In this document: one piece after another, positions 49,746-61,883 of the stretch
Layout of the letters: each line of letters begins with the position of its first letter
Position numbering within the stretch: position 1 is the stretch's first letter
Translations under genes and position numbers: made by a program
The notes under the pieces: generated by a model
Seen by the model: the letters and a program-made list of their open reading frames with translations, nothing else
Told to the model about the DNA's origin: nothing
The model's database searches: none
Origin: Cirrosporium novae-zelandiae
Lineage: Eukaryota
NCBI GenBank assembly: GCA_026023565.1
Contig: JAPETS010000019.1
Span: forward strand, 186,001-250,000
Direction of reading: 5' to 3'
Length of the DNA stretch: 64,000 bases

Positions 49746-50796
49746 TTCATGATTCTTAATCAAAATATACGTGATTTATATTAAACATACCTCACACGCA
49801 TCGCTACTATAGGAAAGAAAAGGAAAATGGAACAAGAAAAAAAAAAGGGGGGGGGGGGAGTATGTAACGATAAACAATAAACAATAAACCATACCCAACA
49901 CCCCATTTACCATTTCCATTTCCATACCCCTCCTTTACACCATCCACCCTCCATCCACCCTCCATCCACTACAGCCTAAGTAAAATAAACGTAAGCCATA
50001 AGCCAAACACAGAACCCCCCCCCTTTCCTCCCAGCACCCAGAAAAATAAAAGAAAAGCGTCCATAACCCCCCAAAGCACTTAGGGAAGCCTTTTTATAGC
50101 AATACCCTTTACCACCTATGAAATCCTAAAGAAATTCCGAAAATGAACTCTTTTTTCCTTTTTCTTTTTTGGTGGGAGGGGGGAGGGATTGAATACATAA
50201 GCTTACCCCGAAGATGGAACGCCAAGATCTACTAAACCCTGAAGAAGAAGAAAAGAAAAAAACTTGGGTACCTAGAACTGGGGGTGGGTAACACGATTCC
50301 AAGATTTCAATTTCCACTCGATTATGTTTCCAAGATTATTCCCCCAAGATCCTCGAAATGTAAATCTCTTTTCTTATTATTATGCTTAGGGATAGGTATA
50401 AGATCTTCTACTCTAAATTGCTAGACCGGCCATGACCGAAAGTGAAAAGCAAGTCAGGTTCCATCATTATCATGATTGATTCATGGTTCATGGTTCATGG
50501 TCCATACAATATATAAATACAAATATAAACAACCCAACCAACAATCACATAGCTGTACAGATACCCGAGTATATACAGTACACCTCCTCTCCACCTCTAA
50601 CCCCCTTGCTATACATACCACGACTTCCCCATCAATCAATCAATCAATCAATACCTCCAGCCCTTATCCCAAATCACCACCACCCCCATTTCTAAATAAA
50701 GTTCTCCCCTTTATTCATTCATTCATTCATTCAGAGAAGAGGAGGAGGAGGAGGGTGTGTGTGGAGATCTCTAACTCGAGTAGACTCCATTCCACT

Positions 50797-51026
50797 CACG
50801 CGGGTCCCAAAATACACAGGACTCACAAATTCCTTTTTTTTAAATTATTATTTTTCCTGGGGAGGCCTTCCAATTGAATTGTTATTGAAATTAAAAATTG
50901 ATTTTGTTCGAAGGCCTTCCTAGGATCTTTTTTGGGGGGTGGGCGTAGTGTGTTGGGTTCGGCACGTAGGCTGGCTCAGGGAAAGGAATTTATGAGTCCT
51001 TCTTTAGTTATTTTGGAACCTGCGTG
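50797..51026. mobile_element. MITE copy A (230 bp, ~40-bp imperfect TIRs, CACG...CGTG termini)
   Basis: Left end CACGCGGGTCCCAAAATACACAGGACTCACAAATTCCTTT; right end AAAGGAATTTATGAGTCCTC...TATTTTGGAACCTGCGTG. Reverse-complement match to 53142..53362; no coding capacity. Confidence 0.88.
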
Positions 51027-53141
51027 CCAGCCACTCTAGATAGAATGGATGGATGGATGGAGGGATGGATAGATAGATAGATGCAACTAATTAATTATCC
51101 ATTATCCATCCAGTCACTAATTAGTCTATTATAATCGGACCGCCCGAACCGGCCGTACCGAACGGATAATTAATTAATTACTTAGTATGATGTAATGCAA
51201 TGCAATACGATAATTATTATGACTGACGTAATAATCTAGGATAAGATAAGAAGATCTCCCTCTTTTTTTAAGGTTTCCGAGAAAAGTAATTATAATTTCC
51301 GTGAACTCCTTTGCGTTTACGTGTGCGTTGTGTGTTGTGTTATGTTGCACGTACTTAGGTAACTTACGTGACGGAATTGTTGGTTTTTTTTTGTGTGTGA
51401 TTTGGAGTAGTTGTGAAAAAAAAAAGGGGCATGTTTGCTTGCGAACTTCCTATTGATACTTAGGTAAGTACCTTTGTACAGTACAGTGTGTGTTGTAGTC
51501 TAATGAACGGGGTGTGGCCGTTTGATTAATCAATGTTTTTTCTCTTCCCCCTTCCACATATCTACTCTCGTGGGTTCTGAGTGGATATCTAAGGCGTTGG
51601 ATTGTAGGCATGGGATAAGCCAGCAGGTGTATGGAATCAAATCAAATCAAATCATGTCATGCATCTATCTATATAGGTAGTAGGTAGGTAGTATACTTTT
51701 ATGTTGATGTTAATGTTAATATTGATGTTGATATGTTGTTATACTGTCCGTTTATTTCCTATATCCCCCCCCCCCCTTCTACTATTTCGTTAATCGCGGA
51801 GAGAGAAAAAAGAAGATCTATATGAATCTGAGCTAGCCATTTCGTTTAAATAGACGTATCTTTTTTGCTTCTGTACTGCTATATCAACTTCCTATATTTT
51901 TTCTCCCCAGACCGTTTATCTAATTAGTTCAAAGGTTTTATTGAGAACCCCGTACGCATGGTATGGTATGACATGGGTATGATGGGTTTTGGGGTTGGAC
52001 TTTTGTCTTGAATATTTCTTTGGAGGATTGTGGATATTCCTTCCTTCTAGTATTCTTGCTCTGGTAAACATGTACATGTGCAGTAAGTAAGCTTTCATGA
52101 TCTACGGGAGTGTTTAGATGCGTAAGTGGTATTTATGTTCATTTCAACCGGTTATGTGGGAAATTCAAGTAGCTACTACACATTACTCCCCCTTTTTCCT
52201 CGTTTGCCATTACGATAGCCCACACAAAGACTAAGTTAAGATGTGGACTGCGCAGCTACACCATGTGGGCGGGTTTTCAACTTTCTGCTGTCGAATATGG
52301 TCTAGAGTATTGCAACCAAGTCCGCTACTACAGCCCAGTTGACACCATGGTGTCGGATTTGACCTCAATATTAACCTATTCCATTCAAAGTCGACGATAT
52401 ACTTCCCATCATCACTTTCATAACTCAAAAATATGTGTGCTTATGTTGGGCATTTTGGTAATCTCCTTTGTTTGAAAACCTTACCCCAAGGAACTATAGT
52501 CAACCGATATTACGCTCTAATGTGGCAAGATTTGGGGAGATATTCTGCCAAGTATCATAACTTTGGGGGATCCGTTGGCCCCGCTACTGGCTGCGTGGGA
52601 CATTTGAATTCTGTTTTGATGAAGCAATCTTCCTTTTATCTTCTATTCTTCAATATAATAATCTATTTCATCGTTTATCTCGGGGTTAACTTGGTGTTCT
52701 CCGACAGAGCTGGATGGAGAAAGTTGCGTAAATCTAACCTTGAGCCATCATGTGTGATCATAGGTTTTGTTGATGTTGTGAGCTGAATCTCGTCTGCTTG
52801 TAGGCTTGATGTAGGTAGCTGTCACATGAAGTTTAGAGCTATGTATGGTGGCCTTTTGCTTGTTGGTCACAAATTTTGGTGGATGGGGCACGATACCGAC
52901 ATTTTTAGTCATGGATGCAATCGATGTGAGGAGTCTCATCTCGCCGCTTTGAAAATTTGAGGTACACAAGCTCGTCGTATGACTCCTACGGTGGTCAATG
53001 ATGGTTTTTACCTCGTTCCACTATTCATATATTTTTGTTTGTACCTTGAGAGAACTGCTTCATGGACAGAACAGGGTCCGATTAGTTAGCTACCTTACCT
53101 TGATAACCAAAAGCAGACCTGGTAGCATCTTCCTACCATGT

Positions 53142-53362
53142 CACGCGGGTCCCAAAATAAAGAGGACTCAGAAATTCCTTTCCCCGAGCCAGCCTACGTG
53201 CCTACCCAACACTACGTCCACCCCCCCAAAAAAGATCCTAGGAAGGCCTTCAAACAAAATCAATTTTTAATTTCAATAACAATTCAATTTGAAGGCCTCC
53301 CCAGGAAAAATAATAATTAAAAAAAGGAATTTGTGAGTCCCGTTTATTTTGGGACCCGCGTG
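53142..53362. mobile_element. MITE copy B (221 bp), inverted relative to copy A
   Basis: CACGCGGGTCCCAAAATAAAGAGGACTCAGAAATTCCTTT ... AAAGGAATTTGTGAGTCCCGTTTATTTTGGGACCCGCGTG (first 20 bp of the TIR pair perfectly). Flanks catgt / catgc. Confidence 0.9.
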
Positions 53363-53791
53363 CATGCCTGACTCAGAATAATTTCCATTGTCTCACCAAT
53401 AGTTGAAATCACAAAAATATATTTTCGAGGTCTTTCCATGCTACAGATCTTAGTTTTAATAGGACCCAATTCTATCCTTAGGCACTGTTCTGGTTAAAAG
53501 CACCCAAAATGTAATTGTCGATAGCTACCGACGTCTTAGTTGTTTGGTCTGCGAGTGTCGGTCGATGGTTCGATCCATATCTACGCTGAAAAGTACGGAT
53601 GAGAAGTGAGGTTTATCTTCAGGATCTTGATTAGCGAAGGGTAACGCCCATTATCTCTGATATCGACACGCCTAGTTAGTCCGGTTTATTCCGTCGAACT
53701 CCGTAATCCGCCTAGCCAATGCATTCATTCCCAAAACCAACTCAGTGGTATCATTACGCCGTGATCTTTATGAGGTGGCCAATATATCTCT

Positions 53792-54579
53792 TCATCTCTC
53801 AACCAGAAGCTTCTTCTCTTCCGCCTTGCTCATACTCTCCTCTCCCCCTTGCACCTTTTTCCCAGGGACACCATTTTTAGCTCGTTCGATAGCTAATCCC
53901 GCAACCTCCTGCACGGAGATATCTGGAATTCTAGCCGCAATGTTGAAGAATTGGGAAGAGCCACGAGGAATGATTCCGAGAGGACGGACAACAGAAAGCT
54001 CAAATACACCTCGATGTTGGGATAACGTGGCGCTGAGGGGACTCATAACTTGTTTCTGAGAGAAACATAGTTAGTTGTGTATCTTTACAATGGGAACGCA
54101 AACCTGTGAGTAATATTAAAAGATATAAACACACTTTCAATTCATCAGCATCCTCTTTGATGAACAGACTGTGTGGCACATTTCTGTCACATTCCCACCC
54201 GGCGCACAGCACAACTCGAAAGCCCTTTGTGGGTCTCTTCTCCAATATTGGAGCTATTTCTCGCAGGAATGTGTCAAATACACTTGCAGAGTCTAGCATG
54301 ACGGAATTGCTTGATTCGCCTGCATCATGGGGAAGTACCCTGTTCGACCTTAGTATGCTTTAGCTGGAGCGAACATAGTTAATGATACCAAATTAAGCCC
54401 TCTACTTCAGTAAATATTTCCACTAGTTTTTGATGTTGCAGGCCCCAAGAATGAGTCTCCTCAATATCAGACACATTTCGGAGTGGCAGGGAAGTGAAAA
54501 TGATAGAGGGATCCGCAGTGCATTGAGAAATTATCTCATCCCCAAGGAAGGTGTTGTTCCCTTTAAGAAGAAATTTCAT
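53792..54579 (-). CDS. Hypothetical protein, probably a degenerate NAD(P)-binding Rossmann-fold (atypical SDR-like)
   Basis: Three exons splice in frame: MKFLLKGNNTFLGDEIISQC..GLIW|SNRV..KGFRVVLCAGWECDR..ELK|KQV..SVVRPLGII..ISVQEVAGLAI. Layout resembles fungal MKVILTG.TG..G proteins. Confidence 0.6.
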
Positions 54580-55637
54580 GGTTAGGGTGGATAGTATCAA
54601 GAATGGAAAGAGATCTGGCCAGTAACACAAGAAAGCTTGAGGTAGAGGAGTGTTTAGCTATTGGATATTGTCAGTTTCAATCGCGACCTAGAAGTAGTTG
54701 GCTGGGCATATCAAATAAGGAAATCCACCTACATTCTTTTTCGATATAGATGAACCTTTTGGTTAAAGGTCTCCAAGTACTTCTATTTTCCTAGTTCTAG
54801 TTTTCGGATTGGAGGAGTGTGAGAGTAATATAAGGCTGACTAGAAAGGCTGACTAGAAAAGCTACTGAGCTCGGTCCTCTTATGAGATTTAGAAGACGTG
54901 TTTGAAAGAAGAACGTGAAAGTAATGTCCAATATGAATAGTTGCTTCTCTTGTTTGTGGATTGTCAATGAAACAAAGCAAACAATTCTCCTTCTCCAGAT
55001 TGAAGATGAAGTAACGGAGGTTCGGAGATATTTTCATTTACATACATGTTATGCAATGATACATATGATGCGCCATCTTTGACTACTTTTTAAGCTTAAC
55101 TTATTAAGAGCTCTAAGCTCCCAGTGGCTTCTATGTCATTCTTTAATTCTCAAGCTTAATAAACAATATAAATCTATTGATGAAACAAAATCTGATGCTT
55201 TCATAATGAAAGTACGTAAGAATCCTTCTTATAGGCAATCAGAAGATTGTAATTGCCCAAGATATATTTTCAAGCCCACTTTCTGGACCATTGCTGAATC
55301 CCTCATTGGATAATGGATATGAAGATTATGTATTTATCCTTGTCTCACAAACCGTTCGCTATCAGTTCATCCGTTGTGACATTATCTAAATAATTAATAT
55401 TAAAACGACTAATCAGAATCAAAAAAATTGTTCGGGAGATGAATTAGACCCAGGATTATCATGTTTGCGATTTCTTGCATAGCTTTGAAGCGGACCTACC
55501 CCGCATCTTGAACGCGCCGGGTTAAAAGGCTGATCATGTCTGCTTGCTACGTCCCATTGTTATAGCTTATAGATTGCTCTCAAACCATCTATTCAATTTT
55601 TATAGCTTTATTTCGATTGATAGATAGATCATCCAAC

Positions 55638-56732
55638 ATGGATACGGCAAAAACGCAAAGCCACGGACAGGATAGCAATAAAGTTGTTATTGTTACCGGA
55701 TCCGCACGTGGCATGTATGTCCTACCTGTTTACTTATCAAATCCATGAATTCAAGGTCCTGGCTGAAGTATCAAATAGAGGGAAAGCCATAGCCTCGCGC
55801 CTCGCTCGCGACGGATACAGTGTCTGCATTAATGACATCGAGGCTAATTCCAACATCGTTGACGAGGTAGTACTTTTTTGTTTTCCGAAGTTGTTGGAGA
55901 GAGTAATCTAGATTACTATGAAGATACACCGACATAGGAAATGTTTATACTGCTCATTAACACTGGGGCGACCCGCAAGTCGAATATAATTCCCCGTGTA
56001 TCGTGGTCTCAAGTATTCCGACACTAACTTGCCCGGTCTCCTTTTTTATTACAGCCACTGACACATATCTTCTGACCCTAGACGGTTAAAGAAATTGAAT
56101 CCTATGGCCGCAAAGTTATAGGGATCACCGCCGATGTATCCAAACAATCAGAGGTGGAATTCCTTATTAACCAAACAGTCGACAAGCTTGGCCCTCTTAC
56201 CGTAATGGTAGCCAACGCTGGCATCTCTCAGGTGAAACCGATTCTCGACTTCACTGAAGACGATGTTCGACGCATGTTCGACGTTAATTTCATGGGTGTT
56301 TGGAACTGTTATACCTGCGCTGCTCGACAGTTCATTAAACAGGGAACACCTGGAAAACTCATTGGTGCTGCGAGCATTGTGGCATATAAACCCATGGTGA
56401 TGCTCGGACACTACAGCGCGAGCAAATGGGCGGTTCGTGGCCTTACCCAAGCGATGGCTATGGAGATGGCAAGGCATAAAATCACTGTGAATGCATATGC
56501 TCCTGGGATTGTGGGAACGAAAATGTGGGAGCAGATAGATGAGGAGATGGGGAAGATAACGGGAGCAAAGAAAGGAGAGTCAATGATGAAGTATGTGAAT
56601 GATCTGACAGCCTTGGGGAGAGTTAGCGTGCCAGAGGACTTGGAAGGTGTATTGAGTTTTTTGGCGAGCAAGGATTCGGATTTCATGACTGGACAGACAC
56701 TGATTTGTGATGGTGGTATTTGTTTTACTTAG
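55638..56732 (+). CDS. Short-chain dehydrogenase/reductase, acetoin(diacetyl) reductase-like
   Basis: KVVIVTGSARGI|GKAIASRLARDG; VMVANAGI; catalytic YSASK; ITVNAYAPGIVGTKMWEQID; FMTGQTLICDGG. Introns at ~55715 and 55867..56081. Confidence 0.93.
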
Positions 56733-57057
56733 CCGTACGATGTGGGAATTGATGGGCCTTTGAGTATACACAAAATATCGGATTTGATTTGAAATTAGTA
56801 TAGGATAGGTACCTAGGTAGTCAACCCTGTCGGCAAGGTAATAATCTGTAGAGGACGAGGACGGAAACAAATGTTAATCAGGTTCGCTTAACTTACCTCT
56901 TGCGTCTAAGCGTTAGTCATAGAGTTCCTTGGAGCTGTCGGCCTGGTCGACGATCCCTTTAGCAACTAGAAACTCTAGAAGTATTAAGAAACTATGAAGA
57001 TAATTGTGAACACCTGGAATCACCTGGCTTCATCGTCAATATAATCCCGAAGTCAAG

Positions 57058-58598
57058 ATGGCCTATGCATTAAATAATACCAAGCGAAAATTTCACAGGA
57101 TCCTAGATTCTCTTACAAACATCTCAAGCACGTCCCTAGTGGAGACGCCGAACAAAAGCAATTCCCCAACAGCGCCGGGTCCCAACACCAATACATCTAC
57201 AAAAAGAGCTCGTCTTGATCGCCCTATCTCTGCTTCCGCTGCACTATCTACGGAAACAACTTTAAAATCTACGAGAACACCCTCTGGGTCATCTAATACA
57301 ACTCTGGAGCGCAAAAACCCTAGCTTCGCTCCTTGGGACCGGAGCCAATTTCTGAACCGTCTAGAAACGTTTAGGCAAGTTCATCAATGGGCCCCTAAGC
57401 CTGATGCCGTAAACGAAGTCCAATGGGCAAAACGAGGCTGGAGATGTGTTGGGGTCGAGAGGGTTGGTTGTCATGCATGTGGAAGAGTGGTAGTGTTAAA
57501 GCTCGAGAGCAAGGAGAGGAAAGGGAAAAAAGAGGATGTAGAAATTGCAGACGAAGAGTGGAGTGCGAATGTTGGTGAGTACCACCATTGATAAGGCGAG
57601 AGGGCTAAACTAATCTTGCTGTCAGAGGACCAACTGGTGCGACGTTATTCGAAAATGATTATTAGTGAACATGACCAGAATTGCCTATGGCGAAGACGTG
57701 GGTGTGACGGTAAGTCTACTGCGAATCATCATTGAAGGAAGCAATAACTGAAGATCGTTTAGATTCGATATACCGTCTTCCGCTTGTTCAAGCGTCTACA
57801 TCGATCCCCGCCTTACGAAAACGATACGACTCGCTCCTCAAGATTTCCCGCGAACTCCCATCAAATGCATCGCTACCTGAAAATATAAACCTTTCCCTAA
57901 TATTGCGAAGTTTACCAGAAGATTTCTTTAATGACCCTGGAAATGAAATCACTCAAGGTGGACTAGCAACAAATAATGGGAAGCATTCTTCAAAGTTGCG
58001 AATTAACGAAGTGGCTTTTGCTCTTGCTTTATTTGGATGGGACCCTGAACCTGGAGAAGTTGAAGGGCTTGTGTCTTGCAAAGCATGCTTCCGTCGGTTA
58101 GGGTTGTGGCTATTTCGGCCACGATCGAAAAAACACGGCGATGCTTGGCCAAACGAAGAGGATACCGATCCGGTCATGAGTCGTCTCGACGTCACGCAAC
58201 ATAGAGATTATTGTCCATGGATTAATGCTATATCACAAAATGGTGGCCCTTCACCAGGCAAGGTTCTGTCCACAACGGAGTCGTTGTGCGGGTGGAAGAT
58301 TCTTATTCAAGTGTTGGAGAACGCATATCATATCCAAGGAGTTGCCAAGGACCAACAACCTGAAATAGTGCTCACCGACAGAATACGAGATATGGACGAT
58401 AATTCATCGGAGGCTGCTTCACTCACCCCGACTGCTGCCGAGGATAGAGATGTTAAAGACAAGGAACGGTTCGCGAAACTACGAAAGTTGCGTAAAATAT
58501 TTGACGTGAAGGGTAGCAATCGATTGGCAAAGAGGAAGTCTGCAATGTCGTCGGCGCCAGCATCATCGAGCTTGAATAGTGGGGGGGCGCATCAATAA
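57058..58598 (+). CDS. C3HC zinc-finger protein, Rsm1/NIPA(ZC3HC1)/Pml39-like
   Basis: TKRKFHRILDSL; FAPWDRSQFLNRLETFR..WAPKPDAVNEVQWAKRGWRC..CHAC; H..NCLWRRRGC; AFALALFGW..CKACFRRLGLW..HRDYCPWIN. Two introns. Confidence 0.88.
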
Positions 58599-59112
58599 TT
58601 TAGACAAGTTGGGTCAAGGGCTAAATTATATGCGGGATTTTTGGCAACGGGAGGATCCATGAAAGAGATGGGATTGGTGCCTGCCGGGTAATACACTGCT
58701 TCAGTTGATTCATTCGTTGCAGATACCCTTTAGCTTTACTTGGCTACGTGAATTTTTCGGCCAGATGGAAAGGACATGGTTATGGTTATTTTGGGTTTCC
58801 GAGGGTCCGTATATGGAAAAAAGTCCTTGGCTGGAAAGTATTTTGACATGACGCCACGGCTTAATTAGGCGAGAAGGTGGGTGTGTATCTAACAGAGTTT
58901 GTGCGAATAATAATGTGGTGCCTGAGAAAGGAATGCAAAAGTGATGAGGAGAAAGAGATGGACAAGAGGGAAGCGAGTCACTTGCAACACAAAGGGAGCC
59001 GCACATGATTTTATGCCAGAAATGATTTGGTTGAAGTTTACAAGACAATTGGTGTGATTATGTTGAAATCCTGACCTCAATCTTCACTCCATGTCAACCA
59101 AATAATTGGATT

Positions 59113-59150
59113 CCCCGCATTTACTTTCCTTTCTCTAGTGGATCGCGGGG
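59113..59150. promoter_or_regulatory. Paired CreA/Cre1 (SYGGRG) carbon-repression sites upstream of PCK1
   Basis: CCCCGC near 59113 and GCGGGG near 59145 in opposite orientations; another (CTCCGC) near 59302. Fits a glucose-repressed gene, but the motif is short. Confidence 0.45.
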
Positions 59151-59506
59151 TTTGCCTCATTTCCTACAGGCTACTGGTATGTAAAGGGATGATCCACAGT
59201 TCAATGATGAAAGCGGCATACACGTGATTTCCAATTTGGCTTGAAAGACGTTAGGGCCATCGAATCAAGGACCTCTAAAGGATAACCCCTCTAAATTCTC
59301 TCTCCGCAGCTCGTCGAAATTGACACTTTTTAACATTCGGAATACTCTCACGGCAATAACAACTCTCTTATCAATTTCAAACGCATCGCAAGCCTTCTAT
59401 TGCAAGGTTATCGGTAGGAAATCTACATCCTCACTGGCTTGCAATAGAGATAAACCTTTATCCGGGTGGCTAGCGAAAACATATCGGAGCTTTCTAACGA
59501 CCTGTT

Positions 59507-59519
59507 CGGGTAAGACCGG
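59507..59519 (+). promoter_or_regulatory. CGG-N7-CGG site (AcuK/AcuM, AOD2/AOD5 type) in the PCK1 promoter
   Basis: CGG GTAAGAC CGG about 80 bp upstream of the first ATG. This spacing is the known site of the gluconeogenic Zn-cluster heterodimer that activates PEPCK in Aspergillus and Neurospora. Confidence 0.65.
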
Positions 59520-59600
59520 TCTGGTCTAGACTTGTTGTGGAGAACCGTTCATTGTGAGCTAACAAGCCATGTGTATATATTAGAAGATATATCCTTCATC

Positions 59601-61883
59601 ATGTCCTCGAAAACCATCCCAAACATTCCTCCACTTCGTCCTTCTTCACCCGCCCCACTCTCTTCCGACTTTGCTAGACAACAAATCTCGAAACAACAAA
59701 AAAGCAACTACCATTCTACCTCATTGCGCACCATGGTTGCCAACTCAGTTAACAAGACTGCTCTTCACCCTAGTGGTGTCCAGTAAGTGCCTCGCTGTTC
59801 TCCGCCTTGCCTATCTCGGCCTACCTTTGCTTTTGTTATCCACACATCATATCTAACCAGTCGATTTTAACAGGCCCGCTCGAGAGCACACCGAACTTGA
59901 AGAAGAGCTCCACGAAACAGCACACATTGACTATGACCGTGTCGCCATCGTAAGTTATGATAAACGTTGGATCTGCTAAATTTGTTGCTGATTTTTCGCA
60001 GGTTGCAAACCCAGCTGTTGCAGCGCTCTACGAAGATGCCCTTGTATATGAAACTGGAACTGCCATCACAGCAACTGGAGCTTTAACAGCCTACTCAGGA
60101 GCAAAGACTGGCCGTTCACCACTAGACAAACGTATAGTGAAGGAGGAGGGGTCTGGCAAGGACGTATGGTGGGGACCCGTCAACAAGCCCATGTCTCCCG
60201 ATGTAAGTTTCAACTTTTCCTTTGCTTTATGCACACCCCTACCCCCCTTACCCGTTTGGTTGAATGGCAGTCAATGCTCGAATACCAAGTTTTGAGGAGA
60301 AAAGGCTTGGTTTCTTGGATTTATATGCTTTCAACTCCCAAACCTTTCATTACCGGGGTTGTTTTGCCTAGGGCTGCCGTATCCCCGCACCCGAGAGCAA
60401 TCTAGAACTCCACAAATCACGTGCATGACGTCACACCGCGGCAAGGCTTTCGGGTATCGACATGTGCTAATGTGTTCCTGTTGTTCCTGACAGGTTTGGC
60501 GAATCAACCGAGAGAGAGCTGTCGACTACCTCAACACCAGAAATCGAATTTATGTCATCGATGGATATGCTGGATGGGATGAACGATACCGAATCAACGT
60601 CAGAGTTGTTTGCGCCAGAGCTTACCATGCCCTCTTCATGCGCAACATGCTCATCCGTCCCAAGAGGGAAGAACTCGAAAACTTCCACCCCGATTATGTC
60701 ATCTACAATGCTGGATCCTTCCCGGCCAACAGATTTACTTCTGGTATGACCTCGGCAACATCGGTTGCAATTAACTTTGCCGACAAGGAGATGGTCATCC
60801 TCGGTACCGAATATGCTGGTGAAATGAAGAAGGGTATTTTCACAGTGCTCTTCTATGAGATGCCTGTGAAACACAATGTTTTGACTCTTCATTCATCTGC
60901 TAATCAAGGAAGAGATGGTGATGTAACAGTATTTTTCGGTCTGTCTGGAACTGGCAAGACTACACTGTCTGCTGATCCCAAGAGAGCTTTGATTGGTGAC
61001 GATGAGCACTGCTGGAGTGACACGGGTGTCTTCAACATTGAAGGAGGAGTATGTTCTTCTACCCCATTATCAATATCCATGCTAACCATTTCAATAGTGC
61101 TATGCTAAATGCATTGGCCTCTCTGCCGAGAAGGAGCCCGATATTTTCAATGCTATCCGATTTGGCTCCGTCTTGGAGAATGTTGTCTTTGACCCAGCTA
61201 CCCGTACTGTCGATTATGATGATGCTACATTGACAGAAAACACCCGATGTGCATATCCAATTGAGTACATCGAGAACACCAAGATTCCATGCATTTCAGA
61301 CAACCACCCTAGCAACATTATTCTGCTCACCTGTGATGCTCGTGGTGTCCTCCCTCCCATCTCCAAACTCACCGCAGAACAAACCATGTTCCACTTCATC
61401 TCCGGCTACACCTCCAAGATGGCCGGTACTGAAGATGGTGTTACCGAGCCCCAAGCAACCTTCTCATCATGCTTCGCTCAACCCTTCCTGGCTCTCCACC
61501 CTATGCGCTATGCCAAGATGCTTGCGGACAAGATCCAAGAGCACAAGGCCAATGCTTGGCTCCTCAACACCGGTTGGGTTGGTGCTGGTGCTGCTACTGG
61601 TGGAAAGCGCTGCCCACTCAAATACACCCGTGCCATTCTCGATTCCATTCACTCTGGAGAACTTGCCAAGGCCGAGTATGAAACATATGATATCTTCAAC
61701 CTCTTCGTCCCTAAGTCATGTACTGGTGTTCCTGATGAGCTACTTAACCCTGCCAAGTCATGGACAGGCACTGCCAACTTCACAGGCGAAGTCACGAAGC
61801 TGGGTCAACTCTTCCGAGAAAACTTCAAGAAGTACGAGGATGAGGCAACGCCCGAGGTCATCAACGCTGGCCCGGCTGTCTAA
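59601..61883 (+). CDS. PCK1: Phosphoenolpyruvate carboxykinase (ATP)
   Basis: [91 protein letters not shown]. Four introns. Confidence 0.98.

Noticed and set aside
52400..52970. Possible decayed ORF between the two MITEs (transposase remnant?)
   Set aside because: Minus frame is vaguely protein-like but has many stops and no DDE or other motif; cannot be supported.
55867..56081. TPP riboswitch or snoRNA in the SDR intron
   Set aside because: No CTGAGA / GAACCTGAT..TAAT core for TPP; box C/D and H/ACA matches only partial. The 10-nt TTCCCCGTGT match to 18S rRNA lies inside a stem and is probably chance.
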